Below the pieces are notes generated by a model. The model was not told where the DNA came from. It saw only the letters and a program-made list of their open reading frames with translations, and searched no databases. Position numbers and translations under genes: made by a program. DNA of 64,000 bases. Source: Bigelowiella natans CCMP2755. Lineage: Eukaryota > Protista > Cercozoa. This document shows, piece by piece, positions 26,921-41,150 of this stretch. Each line of letters starts with the position of its first letter. Position 1 is the stretch's first letter. The stretch lies in the NCBI GenBank assembly GCA_000320545.1, contig ADNK01000060.1:1-64000 (forward strand). Direction: 5' to 3'.

Positions 26921-28198
26921 GGTCCTTCTCAGGGTGGGGAAAGTAGGAAGACTCGGAACCCAAATTCAGTTGTTCTTTATTTAATTTATCGCCTTTCATC
27001 ACACAGTTGTCGCAACGGTTAAATACAAATCATTTCTATGGAAATAACTGGGCTGTGTGATCTCCTAGAATATTTCATTTTTGCTGAAAATCCCTTCGGT
27101 TTTTCATGATGAATAGATTGAAGTTCCAGCCACCTCCCACTGGATCTCTTGCATTTTTGGCACGTTACGTGGAACACTTTCTCCTGCTTTGCGTGAACTT
27201 TTCAGATCCATTTCGTAAGATGTTTTCAAAATATTTTCGCTCATTTTTTTACCATTCGAGGCATCTACCTCTGTCTTATCTCTAATTTGCAACTCATTTA
27301 CTCAGAATAAAAGCTTTTGAACGGAGAGATTTCGTTTTGGGTTGGAACGTATTCGGGTAAAACACGTTGGATTTTGACCAGAAATTAAAATAGTACCTTG
27401 TCAAAAAGTGTAAAAATCCACATGTTTTCAAGAAAGTTTAGATGAATCCCGGTTTTCCCTTCGGCGTGTTTTCTTGTTGTTAACCAATCACCCAGCCAAA
27501 ATACGTCGTCTCCTGTAAAATTGGACTCAAATGCAGGCTATCTTTCCCACATTTCTTCTCGGCATCTAGATTTCCTGGAATTTACGAGAGTGGTGTGTCT
27601 GTGCCTTTTTTGGGACTGATTGATCGACGTTGCGTTCCACACACTTAAGGACAGTTTACTAGTTGCAGCATATTTAAGGTATACGACAATAAAATTATTA
27701 CTTTCGTAAAATAAATGTCTTCTATTTTGGGATTTAGCTACTGCTGAAAAGCGATACTTACATCTTCAGATTTGGAAAAAAAGAGAATAAGATGGAGGAA
27801 GGCAGGGCTAACCAAGGTTCCTCCCCCCCCCCTTCTCTGTGAATAGTTTCTCAGAAAAAAATTGTAATTGAGAGCTGTAACAACATAACTATGTTTAAAT
27901 CCGCCATCGGATATGGGGATATGCATGGAGCCTTCAAAATCCATGAGAAAGGAAGCGTGGATACAATTACTCTCTCTGAGTCCCGTTTTGGCTCAATTTT
28001 TTTTAAGCGCACCTTTAAAATTAGGGGAGGATGATAGTGATTTGAACTTAATATTTGTGCTTTCACTATTACACAAAGAGATCCTTAGTCTTAACTTTGT
28101 GAGAACATGCCCCCTAGATAGTCTTTCTGAGAAGTGAATGAATAATGTCGACGATACTCACGATACAAAAATAATTTTCAGCGGAAAGCTCCGGACTA

Positions 28199-29516
28199 AT
28201 GTCTTATCAGAAATCCCAGGAGCAAAAATCCGGTTCTCGATCTGTTCGATCCGCAGTGCCGAAGGGATTCTTTGCTACATACAAGTAAGTGTCATGTACT
28301 GTCTTCTTTTCCTCCAAAAATCTAATGCAATACACTATTTTCAAACCCTGGTCATCCCCCTCATTAACATATTTTGTCTTGATATTCTGTTGAAATTCGA
28401 TCGTATCTCTAACTCTCTATGATATTATTTAACTAAAACTCTGTTTTATGCAGATACAGCCTTATGGCTGCAATGGGAGTAGTAGTCTTCGTCGCATGCT
28501 GCTCCATGAAGGGGAGCGCGGAAACAGCTGGCCTTACCGCAGCTATGTACGATGACATTCCTCCACCACCAGCAGACCCAAATGCACCTCCTCCCCCTCC
28601 TGCTGATCCAAGTGTTCCTCCTCCTCCACCACCTGCGCCTGACGCTCCACCTCCTCCACCACCAACTGGGGTGAGCTATCTTTAATTAAAGAAAATCGCG
28701 AGGACTAGAAGTTAAAATGAAAACCTGTTGCCACAAACTTGATTACAACCTAATCTTCCTCTTCCTATATCCCAAAAAAATGTATGCAATACCTCCAGCC
28801 TGCTCCTCCTGGACCTCCTCCCCTCACAGCATGCCAGACCGGTATGGTTGCCGATGCTGATGAAGTTCCGGACACTGACAATGAGTAAGAATTTATTCCG
28901 ATTTTACGTGTTTAACTTTTTCTAAAAGAAACTATTATTTTTTAAAACCCTTCCCTTTACTGGCTAAAATTCTCTCGATGACGAGTGTCTACATATTCAT
29001 CGTTAACAACCAACAAACATCGAGAACGTGAATTCATCAAATTGCACACATGTGAGACTTGAAAGGGGGGGATGAGAGGGAGAGTGAGAGATGGGGGAGA
29101 AGGGGCGGCCAGACTCGTTTTGTTGTAAATTTTAGGTTTCACAGACCAGCAATGGTTCGTTAAAACTGTCAAATGCTGATTGAATCTCTCACACCACCAT
29201 TAGAATGAAGGCTTGCTACCTAATTTGTGACAACGCTGATGGAGCGACACCTTGCGATGTTGACACTTGCAAGAGTGCATGCTGGTTCGGAAACGACTTT
29301 TGCTACAACAGCTGCGTAGGAGGCTGCCAATTCCAAGCTGTTGGCCTCAACAACGGGTCTCGCATGGCATGTGATGGGCAGGTTTGCTACTCTGGATGCT
29401 CCTACCAGTGCCAGAAACAATGCAACTGCGGCGTACAGAAAGATGGTCATTGCCACAAGGAGCCTACCAACTGTATGCTCGACGAATCCATCCCTGGTAT
29501 GTATTCATTCGCGTTC

Positions 29517-29558
<42 letters not shown>

Positions 29559-30417
29559 ATGTGGTGCGGGAGAGGGATAGAAAGAGAATTCCTGTGCTGG
29601 TTGCAGTGTTTGAAGGTGCTCGGTTCATAGTCACAGTTATCGACATCCTCATCATCATCGGAAATTTTGTCGCGAGTCTAGTTCCCATAGAAGACATAGA
29701 TATTTTTAATTATTCTTTCTTCCTTTCTAGGCTCGCTGATTGGAGCTACTGTAAACTACATCTGTAGCAAGGGCCCCTCAGAAGTTAGGGTAATTGCACT
29801 CTCTCTTTCACCCATTTTCCTCTTCACATCTGCTGCTTCGAGATAGCACGTCTTTCTAAGACAGACATATATGTCAGTACCCCCTGATTTCGTCCTCCTG
29901 CCTAAATTTTTTTCTCTTTCCTCCTCCTCCTCCTCTATCAGGCTTTGTGCGGAAAGAAGGCAAAGCTTTCTGCTGGGTGTCAAACTGGATTTGGATTCGC
30001 TGTGGCATTGGCTTCGTACTACTACTCGTACACTATGTCGAACGTACCGCAAACCACTCCTGGAGGAATTAGCGCCGTTGCGGTAATGATAGCAATTGAG
30101 CGTGATGTATTAATAATATTATTACAGGATGAATGTGGATGCGGATAATCCGTTCCTTTCTATTCTCTTGCGATTTTAAATTTTGTTTGTAAGTAAAGTA
30201 GTCTTGGATAAGATAAGATTGGGATGATGGTTGGGGAGTGAAGAAAGAGAGAGAGAGAGAGTACCCTTTCCAATAATACTGATGACCCTCTCGTTTGTTA
30301 TGTCTTTGCTATATTGTTCAGTCCGCTTGTGACTTCAATGGATTTGGTTTCATCAAGCATGGAGCACAGCACCCTTGCCAAATGAACTACAAAGGCTACG
30401 CTGGAAAACTTCAATAA
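28199..30417 (+). CDS. Putative membrane-anchored/secreted proline-rich, cysteine-rich protein of unknown family
   Basis: Phase-consistent exons: MSYQKSQEQ...FFATYK|YSLMAAMGVVVFVACCSM (hydrophobic), PPPPADP repeats, then a ~22-Cys domain (CYLICDNADGATPCDVDTCKSACWFGNDFCYNSCVGGC...), ending PCQMNYKGYAGKLQ*. An alternative stop at 30148 is possible. Confidence 0.7.
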
Positions 30418-30454
30418 ACAACAAATGCCACAATCGTTGTGGGAGTTGTTGCAG

Positions 30455-30485
<31 letters not shown>

Positions 30486-31457
30486 AACTACTACCACCCA
30501 TAGACAACAAATAGTCATGGTGGTAGTAATGATATCATAAAAAGATGATTAAGGTGGTGTTGGTACTTAATCTGCGAGCAGTTCCGCACTCACGGGACTG
30601 TAGACAGTGATCAGAGTAGTAACTGGTGTGAACTTATTTGAGGGAATTTCTAATGTGTGTCGTTGGGAGAGAGGGAGACGATCAATTTCAAGCCCACATA
30701 TGTGCGTGCAAAATATAAGCGGTGCACACGATATGTTTGAAGAAGAATCTTGTTTATTTTTTTTAGCGTAGTTACTAGTCAAAACTGCATATGTAGTGCG
30801 GACATATTTGCATACATTTCTATATTTACGACATGCATATTACAAACGTACCATATGTTGTAGAAGGTGATAATATACAGTACAGTCACAGAATGTAATG
30901 CGGCATAATTACATACATGCCTTGCGATGATTGCACCCTTACTTGCATACTGCATACGTGATGAGCGACACAGCTAGACAGCCTAGCTATAGCTAGTAGC
31001 ACTAGAGTATGGGCAGTAATTTATATTTTTGCGCGGCGCGGTCACCCTCTCTAGCTCAATCAAGAAGCATGGTGCAATGCATACTTCATGCAATATATGC
31101 TAGCTTGCAGCCTATGCCAGCGCGGTCAGTACGTAAGCTGTCAAGCTGTCTCTCGCAATCAATCATGACGGTGTGTTTACGTGATGTAAATGTGCGTGCT
31201 CTTCTACTGCCATGCGTGCACTGATATATGTGCGTACATGTATAGCATCGCCGATAGCGAGAGCTAGCTAGCTAGACGAGTTATTTTGGTCAATTTTGCA
31301 TACAGATACTGGTCGATGTGTCTAGCTAGCTAGCTAGGCATGAGAGACTCCGCGTGTTACAGTATAAGCACGTTGTGCTTATATGCTTGCCACGATCAGC
31401 TGTGCATTGCATCAATGCGTGTACAAGCAGCCGGAAAAATGCTGAAGCGATGACTTA

Positions 31458-32500
31458 TCACTCTTTCTTATCAGATTTCTTCTTCTTCTTTTTCTTCTTC
31501 TTTTTCTTAGCAGAGCTGTCATCATCTTCCCTATTCTTTTCCTTTTTTTTCTTCTTCTTTTTCTTCGCCGGCTTGGAAGAAGATGAAGAGGCAGCTGAGA
31601 AATATAGACCCGATTAGGAAGAAGTCGATTGCAAAAGAGAATAATGGCAACGCCAAGTGACACAGTTGAATAATAGACAGAGAGAGAGACAGATATCACC
31701 ATAACGATACTTCTTTTCTACTTCTACTGTTGACTCACATGGCAACTCTTTAAATTCACTGAACTCGCCGTATCCACCTTATAATAATACGACGATATTA
31801 CCAAGTTAGACTCAAATTCACAAGGACGATAATGGTGATGATGATGATGGTGATGATAATGATGATAACAATAATCGCAGCTTACATGTAGATTATTATA
31901 TCTTATTTCAAAATGATTGGATGGATACAAGTTCCAAAGTATTCGTCTTCTTTTCCCCTTCATAATTAATGTATAAGACCGACCTGTTGCTCCTCCTCCT
32001 CCTCCTCCTCCTCCTCCTCCTCCTTCTCCACCTGCATCAGCTCCGTCGTCGTCGTCGTCGTCATCTTCTTCATATCGGCTCTTGCTTATCATTGGCTGCT
32101 GCTTTGGGGCATCATCGTCATCATTGTCGCTTTCAGGTTGTAGTTGTTGGGAAAATCTTGACGACGATCTCCCTTTTCTATCATCCTCATTATCTCTATC
32201 GATATCGTCGTCGTCGTCGTCATCATTATCGGAGTAGAATCCTTTAAGAGCGTTACCATCTCCGAGCTTTTCGTTGTGTGTTTTTGCCTGGATCATCATC
32301 ATCATCATGACCATCATCGTCATTTGTCGTTGTAGTGGTTGATATTCACATGCTACTATCAAAAGAGACGCTACTAATTGAATGTGGAGAATGAGGAAAA
32401 GGCAGATGAAAGAGACAACAAAGAGGGAAATGACCAAAACATCTCAGTGCCACTGGCACACACGCACGCACACACACGGAGCTGAAGGGTAGTTAGCAAT

Positions 32501-32534
<34 letters not shown>

Positions 32535-32561
32535 CATTCATTTGTCGCTACCACCACCACC

Positions 32562-32592
<31 letters not shown>

Positions 32593-35256
32593 GCAGCAGC
32601 AGCAGCAGCACAGAAGCAGTCCAGACTGACACACTACTACTCTTTATGTTCACTGCTATTCCTCCTCCTACTACTCCTACTACTACTACTACTAGTGCTG
32701 GTGTTTACTACTACTATAGTCACACACCACTGCTTGCTGCTGATCTGGTGAAAAATTGTCGAGATCATCGTCTTCGCCATCATCATCGTCACCACCACCA
32801 CCACCATTATTATGATTAGTTTTTTTATTGTCATTGGATTCTTCCTTGTGTCCTACTCCCCCAGGAGGAGCAGCATATTTGAGGGCCCCACCACCGCCAT
32901 CATCATCGTTATCGTGATCATCCCCTTCGTGCAACCTCTGCACTGAAGATGTTATCGTGTCTGCTCGATGTTGCTCTGCATCTTCGAGATCATCATCGTC
33001 GTCTTCGTGATACTTGTCATCATCGTCATCATCATCGGCAGTTGGTGATGGGTACTTGAGCACTTCTTCCCTCTTGTTGATTGTTCATTGAATCCGTTGT
33101 TGTAGTCATCATCACGCCAGGAATAGAGAATAAATCATGATCAAATTAAAAGTAGTATTACACAAAACAATTACAATCAGAATAACCTGCTGTATTATGA
33201 TGATAAATGTAGTGTTAGTAGTAGTATTCGTAGTAGTAGTTTTAGTAGTAGTAGTAGTAGTAGTAGTACCCATCAATCCCCTTCCACTGCTAGATAAAGG
33301 ATAATCTACTACTAACTACTACTGCTACTGCTACTACTACTACTACTACTACTACTACGACGATGACGACGATGATGGTAGTAACAACCTCCACTCCATG
33401 CCCGCGCTCCTCCTCGTCGTCGTTGTCATCATCAGCACCGTCCTTCTTCTCAGTATTTTGTTTGTTCTTTGACATCGCTGCGTAGGCATTGGTTTGGATT
33501 GCTTCATGCTCCTCCTAAGCAGCAGCAGCAAGCATATTCCCAAACAGGTTACCACAAACAATCAATACTCATTCGCACAAACAAGTACCAGCCACCAACC
33601 GCTGGGGGGGGATCAATCATAACGTAACTATTAAAAGATAAATACTACTCTAACTACATCTCATGCTACTACTGCACTACCAACCAATGCATCATCGTCG
33701 TCTTCGTCGTCATCAATAGCTTTGATATACTCATCATCGTCATCAACATTTCCATCTTGATCGTCGTCATCATCCGCCTCAAAAGGTGCTGTCTCTTGCT
33801 CTCTCTGATTGCCTGCAGCATGTGTACAATATTCAGCATTCTTCGATGGTAATGACTGGTATGGTAGATGTAGCTTATATCTACATCTATTTTTTCCTGA
33901 TAATCAAGCTGTTACTTGATATTTCTTTCCTCTCCTTTCTTCCATGCGTGTATGTTCAAGTATGATGATGTCGTTAGCAGTGTATCTTTCTACCATCATC
34001 ATTACCATGATCTTCGTCGTCATCGTCCTCGCCAAAGAATCCTGCTGCCAGCTCTCCAGGATTGAAGTTATCAAGGTCATCATCATCACCATTCTGATTC
34101 TTATGACGATGATGAGTAGCTGGTTGCTGCTTCTTCCGAGTAGTAGGCTATAATGATATCGATGATAACAATTGCATCATTATTCTTACGATGACCAACA
34201 ATATAATGTTACCGATCATATTCATTTTATTGTTATCTCTTAATTCTTCTCTCTCTCTCTCTCTCTCTCTCTCTGCTATACATTTGTCTTCGGCTTTGCA
34301 TTGGTGATCTTAAGCCCTCCTCCTCCTCCTCTATCCCCGTCGTTCTTGGCAGGCGATGGAGTCTTCCTAGTCGTATTTCTTGGGACATTTTCCCAATCAT
34401 TAGTAGCATTAGTTCCTCGACGCTGTGCCGCTCCTTTATTCTCCTCCTCCTCCCTCTCCTTCTTCCCCTGGGTTGATGCTGTTATTATCTTCTTCTTCAA
34501 ACCTTTCATCATAATCATCATCAGGTTGTTATGGTGTTTGTTCAATGCAGCAGGAGGAGGAGGAGGAGGGCAACTTAGTACGAGGAGGATATGATGTAGC
34601 ACTGCTGCATATTTAATAAAAAGGAGGATGAAAAAGTGCGTCGTCTACTTCTGACAACGCAGATAGGGAGGATGCGTTAGTATTATCATCATTCAAAAAC
34701 TGAATCACTGCTACTACTACTACCTGGCTGCTGCGACTTTGGTATAGGTCCTTGGGCAGGTATTGGTGGCCGGTTTGCAAGCGCCATTTGCATGTTTACT
34801 AACTGAAGTTCATAGGAATTTTAACGATATTAACAATGATAATAATGAGCACATCTCCATCATCCATTTTCATAATCAACATCATCATCACTCAAAATAC
34901 ATTACAACTCTCAGAGCTATTATTACCTTTAAGTAGCTCTCGTAATCTTGTTCTTGAACAAGTTGCGCCTTGAAACAAGAAAAACCAGTCACATGATTAA
35001 GATGGATTGATTACTACTTATAATGATGATATCGAAACTAGCAGAAATCATACGAAGGTACGTACGACTTCTAGCACAACAAAAGGCAAACACTATTCCC
35101 TGCGAAAACAAGAAGAAAAATTTATATCATCTTGTCCTCAATGAATAATAACAAGTGTTCAACTATGATGGTGATGATGATGAGAAGGAGGAGGAGGGGA
35201 ATAACCTCGTGCTGTGCGGTTTTGAGCTCCTGCGTCGCTCTTTCTAATTCATGCTG

Positions 35257-35300
<44 letters not shown>

Positions 35301-35906
35301 ACATCAATGCATGCACAATTATCGGTCTCACATAATATTGTTGGGGCTGCTGCTGCTGATGGTGGTGGTGGTGGTATTGCTGCAATGAACAACATCATAA
35401 GATGCATTATTCTTCGTGGTGCTCGCTACCTTGAGAGAATCCTGCTTGAGGAGCAAGAAGGGGATATTGAGCCAATTGTACAGCTGTTTCAGACCGTACC
35501 CATTCATCATGCAGCATTCGATGTAGTTCACGTTGCCTTCGCATGACCGAAGAAAATTCTCGATCTGCACCTCCGTTACTGATAATAACACCCGTAAATT
35601 AATAATGACACGCACACGCACACGCACACGCACACAGATAATGCGTACCACAATCAAGACCATCTTCACTACTTTGTTTTTATAAATTGCTTCTCTTTAA
35701 TGTGGTGTTTGCACAATGCAACAACCTTCTCTCCTTGTGTGCAAATCACGGAAGTTGGCCATCAGCAATATCTGGCAGCCTTGAGGAGTTTTCTTGAGCT
35801 CCTCTTTGACGTAGTCGAATGTCCATTTTCTCGTCGGGTCCATTAACTAAGCAAGAGAAGATCATCATTTCGTGAAAAAAATCGAAGCTGCTAGTATTAT
35901 CATATG

Positions 35907-35938
<32 letters not shown>

Positions 35939-37216
35939 ATTTGGACGGAATAAGTAACCATGAGAATTGCGTGGCATCCTTTATAGACGTCTACAGTCGA
36001 AGCGTCTGAACAAGACAAATGCGAAGAATATGCACAACAATAACGACAATACAACGACGAAGATGACAATCAACAACACAGGTCTTTGTTAAGCACCGCA
36101 TCAGCCCTCTCTCTCTCTATCTTTCACTTTCTCTGATACATACTCAAGCTATCATACATCTAAGACAACATCAGACGGAAAGGATAACCACAGATACGTT
36201 GATCTATAATCGTCACCATTAGACCACCAATAGACGATGGCACTTCTACTGCATTGCTACCGCTTTACCACTAATACGCACTACTACTACTTCTCCTACA
36301 TACAACCCGCTACTATCGTCTTTGGCAAAGCATCAGAAGACAGTTTTCCTTGAGCGACTAAACTCCTTATTCTGATGGATGAATAGAAGGATTATAAATT
36401 GTTCTTCCAGCTCCAACAGTAACAGCAAAACTACCTCGCTTCCTGGTCGGTCATAGTCCCTTTGTCCACAACATCCCACACTTCAACCTGATTCATGCAG
36501 ATAATTCATCGAGGGGTCAGTCACATGTTAAGCGTTCAATACATCGTGTTTGTTGTTGCTGTTGTTGTCGTTGTATTGTCTGCAAGTGATAGTATCCTAC
36601 CTGCACTAGGTCGCTCGTTGTTTTGTAGTTCCAGTCGATATGCGCAACCTAGTGTGAACAACGGTAGTTAGGCATGTTGAGATCTATATACACAACTCAT
36701 CCAGAATTGAAGAGACCAATGAATAATTGACCACAAGTTGGCAGGTTGTATTCCTATTTGTTGTTATTATTCATGCAAATTTCGGAAAAACAGCCACCTG
36801 AATCTGTGGCGTCGGTATATGGTCCTTAACAAATGACTTTCCTTCCAGCCTGTAGAATAGAAAGTGAATAAAGTTGTATTAGCGCGAAACAAAGTATTGC
36901 ATCGTCCAAAACAAGCACCGAGTTACTACCTTCTAAGGAGCGAGGTTTTCCCGGTTTCTCTTCCCCCGCGTATCACAATTTTCACTAAAATAGGTCAGTG
37001 TATGTGCAAAGTATTTAGAATACGTAGAAGTCGCATGTGTGCAGGCATATTCTGCGAAGAATGCGAAACTTTTAAAGAATAATCTTTCAGCTCATCATTA
37101 CTGTTATATCCAGTTCCTTGTCGGAGCTTTCTTTGGATGTGCGGGTGCATGCGATTAATGCCCCGGGATTTGAGCGCAGCCTCCTGAGCGCTCGGCCCAG
37201 ATTCCGTATTCCCCAT
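31458..37216 (-). CDS. RABL6: Rab-like protein 6 (RBEL1/C9orf86) homologue
   Basis: HIQRKLRQGTGYN|VKIVIRGGRETGKTSLLRR, VAHIDWNYKTTSDLVQ|VEVWDVVDKG, DASTVDVYKGCHA, CMMNGYGLKQLYNWLNIPFL. Long acidic/Pro tail and Lys-rich C terminus (KKKKKSDKKE*). Tail exons uncertain. Confidence 0.88.
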
Positions 37217-38266
37217 GCTATTTCTCCTCTCTTTCTCTTTCTCTTTCTGAAGGACATAGAGTTGAGCATGTTAGACAGGTGGCGTGAGAACCTAGCTTGC
37301 TAGCGCTCGCAAGGTTGGGAGAAATTTCACAAGCATATGCTTTACAGCTCGCTACTTTCTTTTGATCTAACCCTTTTTATCAGTATAACCTTGAATGCGT
37401 GTCAGCGGAGGAAGTAAAGGCTATTGCAGAGTGGGGATACTTCTTCTTTGGATGGTGCCGATGATGAAATTATCGGCGATATTATTATGGAAGAACAACC
37501 TCCTCCTTTTTAGCTTGTTTTATAGGTTATTTTCCAATGATTTTTGGTACGTGATGCTGATGATGCAGCAACAGCAGAAGAAAAAGAAACAACGAAACAA
37601 AGAAACAATAACAAATTAGAACAATTAGGTTATTCTATCATCATTATTGTTTCCTTCTGTGATACGTTCGCACTGTCCTTAGATATCGCTATTTCCTTTT
37701 ATTTATCTGAAATAAAAGTGGATGATTGATGTTGTAGTAGTTATTGCTTTTGGTTTTTGTGAATAATGATGTAAAAGTATCATTATCAAGACTGAAACTC
37801 GTAGGTTTATAGGGAAAATTAATGTAGATCTAGATCTACTGACTTTATTCTCTTTACATGAACTTCTCGTCTCTCGTCTGATGAAAAAGGAAAGGTTGTT
37901 TTTCCATGAATTTCCATGATAGATTTTCATCCTCAGACTAGGAATTTCCTAGAAGGTACGACATGATGAAAAATGAAAAATGGAAATGAATTGGAAAATA
38001 GCGTTGTTCATTCGTTTTTTAGTGTTTCCCGCACTTTTTCTTCAAACGGACAGTTTTTCAGAACTACAGTTATTCACACAGATGCTAAATCGTAATGAAT
38101 AGATTTTATTTCTTAGCTACGACATCAATATATCTTTGAATATACTACATTCTGATGGTACGCATTCAGTGTTTTTTGAAGGAAGTGTCTTGCGAGCCGC
38201 AAAACTCACGTAAAACGAGGACCTGCTCCACACCCGCTGTAGTAGCAAGGCTAATTACGCAAGACT

Positions 38267-39144
38267 ATGTCAGAGAACCAAATGCGTGAAGTGCACCTGC
38301 CTCCTGGGGCGGGGGCATCCGCACAACAGCGCCTCGCAGATGTCAAGAGTAAAGTGACCGAGCAAGTGATGCGGGCTGTGAAGGACACAGAAAAGCAAAT
38401 CGATAAAGAGATTCAAGCCCTCGACAACCTGAATAAGTCCGACCTGGAAAGTATTCGGAGAAAGCGAATGATCGAGATGAAAAAGAGGGCGGAGAAGATG
38501 TCTGAATGGCGATTAAAGGGCCACGGAACTTACACAGAGATTCAAGACCAGAAAGACTGGTTTGAAGAAGTGAAAAAAAATGAGCGAACCATTTGCCTAT
38601 TCTACCGGAACACTACGAACGCTTCCGATAAGTACACACAGATCTTAGACAAGCACCTAGGACAATTGGCTGTGAAGCATATGGAAACAAGGTATCTCTT
38701 TGTGGCAAGTATCACAATTAAAGGGTCGATGTTCATAAAAAACTGTTTGCATTTAGGTTTATTAAAATTAATGCAGAGAAGTCGCCCTTCCTTGCCAAGC
38801 GGCTAAATATAGTTTTGCTTCCTACGATCCTGTGCACGAAAGATAACTACACTCACGGTAATTATATTTTAAACATAACTTATTCATTCTCCCTCAGAGT
38901 TGTAAATGCAGATCGAATCGAAGGCTTCGACCCTCTCGGCGGAACCGATAGCTTCTCCACACAGACGCTTCGGGCTCGCTTAGGACAAAAAGGAAATATT
39001 GATTACGACCCATTAGTAGATAAGCCAATACAAGAAAAGGAGCTCTATACTACTACAAAATCAAACAAAAGCGGCAAGGCAATCTATGAATCGAGATTGG
39101 CTCAGCTTGGAGACGATGATGATTGGGACGATATCTCTGATTGA
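38267..39144 (+). CDS. TXNDC9: Thioredoxin domain-containing protein 9 / phosducin-like protein 3
   Basis: DLESIRRKRMIEMKK...EWRLKGHGTYTEI..QKDWFEEVKK, ILDKHLGQLAVKHMETR|FIKINAEKSPFLAKRLNIVLLPTI, DRIEGFDPLGGTDSFST..LRARL. Two short introns. Confidence 0.92.
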
Positions 39145-39952
39145 CGCAGCCCTTAAAAATACTATGATCAGCAAGAGTAGAACCCTAACATGTGTCAGAA
39201 TCTCTAAATAAACATCGCTTGAAATGTACTAGCTATAATGTAGGTAACATGTGATATTATTCAAGCTGTGCTTGCCGCTTAGATCGCAGCAGCCGAGCGA
39301 CCTCAGGGAACTTTCATTTGCTTCAAGCAATAGCACTCATTTGAATCGAATGATACGAATTTATGTTCATTTGAACGAGCAATTGCAAATAATGACCATT
39401 ATTGCAACGGCGCATCATAAGCTAATATTATTCGATCACCACCCTCGTATATTAATTTAATTTACTATAGACATTTATAACAGTTATTACACATCAGATA
39501 TTCTTTGTCTATTCTAGTATTGTCATACCTATAGACATCTAGACATACGTATATATATAACATAATGAACATGCTAGTCGTTATTCATAGCATTCAATTC
39601 GATTTATGGTCCTCACTAGCTCATGTGTACGTATAATATACGTGTGAAATGTGAAATGTATGTTTTAGCGCGTGCTGCGTGCGCATCATCGGTGCTAGAG
39701 TTTAGCTACGTAGGTACGCGCTGTGCGAACGCAATAATTGTCGAACACACAGATCTCATTGGATTGATTCGATCAAGGCCGGATGATCGACTGTAATATA
39801 ACTTACACGTCAAACATGAGAATCGGAAATGCATACTAACAACAGTGGTAAATTGCATTTAAAATTTATGCCATTATTTAAATTAAGCGAACTGAATATG
39901 TAACACTTTTCCAAATACCGCAACGGTTGAGAAGTCAACAGCCTTCAACAAT

Positions 39953-40740
39953 TCACGTGATAACAGTACCAATAGCAGTAAAATTGCTGACAAGAATCTT
40001 ATTATCGGCCCGCGCGCCCCTATTGTGCTTTTGAATATATGTTATGCACTGCGACCAGGAACTTAGAAAAATATTGCAGGTGTCTTTGGAAAATGCCCAT
40101 TGGTAAAAAACCAAACCATCTCGTACATCTGAGCACTGAGCAGCTTGCGTAGGATTGACGAAATATTTCATTCTTTACCAAAAATAGTTTGTAAAAGGAA
40201 ATTCATCGCTTCCATGTAGTCTACGAGAAGATAAATGTTTTTGAAACGAACTCTATCAGATTGCTCCTGGTATCCCAATCTCTTCAAAACCAAACAATGT
40301 CAATGCATTTGTCAGAGTGCCCTCTGTTCTATTTGTGGGAGGTCGAATCAAAGGTTCTCTCCAATGGATGGATATCCATCGCATATGGTTCAAGAATATT
40401 ATATTGCAGTGGTAGAGGAGCTTAAGGAAAGGGGCAAACGGCGTGTCTTCTACGGTTCGTCATAATTCAGATTGGTAGTCAGAGGGTATCGGCCGTTAAT
40501 GAATTCATCCCAGCCGTGCTTTTCAACCAGAAAATGATCGATGATGCGAGGAAAAACTCTGCAAATCGCCTACATACCATCCAGATGTGTGTTCTGCGCT
40601 CACAGAAATAGGAATTTAGTGGCGAAGTGCCAGTTAAAAAAGTTTACATTGGATCAGGCAGTAAGTTCACTTTTGTTCTGGGTGAGATGTCGTCAAGAAT
40701 AAAAGCAGGTGATATCCATCATATATACCCAGGTTGCATA
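39953..40740 (-). CDS. Possible small multi-exon gene of unknown function
   Basis: Partly phase-consistent exons CNLGIYDGYHLLLFLTTSHPEQK|VFPRIIDHFLVEKHGWDEFINGRYPLTTNLNYDEP ... NIYLLVDYMEAMNFLLQTIFG|DVRDGLVFYQWAFSKD...VIT*. The middle junction and start were not resolved. Confidence 0.3.
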
Positions 40741-41150
40741 CTGAAAATGAGTTTGTTTTTATTTTAAAATGTTTAAATATTTGATGTCGCATAAATATAA
40801 AGCATGGGATATAATCGTTTTTTGGAATTCGAAATTTGCATTATTTCGCCCATCTCCCGTTTCATGGGGACCGAGTGGCGTTACTAGATCTGCCCGCCAA
40901 CCAAATTCCACACGCAAAAACTCGTTTAGCTTGCCACTTCAGGCTTAGCAAAGAGGTATTATCCGTAAATAAAGTCGTTGCTGTGTAATCTTACTTATGC
41001 GCTGGTTGCCATTAAACATTAGCTTGTAAGTGATTACATAACCTATTTTGGAAAACAAACCTTATTTTTTTAAAACGATATGTTTCTCTTTTTGTGGATG
41101 AGTATTAATAATCCATATATTGCTAAGCTCTACGAGGTTTTGGTGTAATC

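Noticed and set aside
27000-28190. Short ORFs in the GSS / Pro-Cys divergent spacer
   Set aside because: AT-rich, no motifs or consistent splice pattern; the 28138..28422 ORF is out of frame with the reconstructed first exon.
21573-35669. Many short ORFs with poly-S, poly-L, CVCV, HTHT or poly-I/M tracts
   Set aside because: Translations of microsatellites in introns, not proteins.
40559-40577. 19-nt GT...AG segment resembling a nucleomorph-type pygmy intron (minus strand)
   Set aside because: Splicing it creates an in-frame TGA in the protein-like frame. A longer upstream intron fits better, and the region is not nucleomorph-like in composition.
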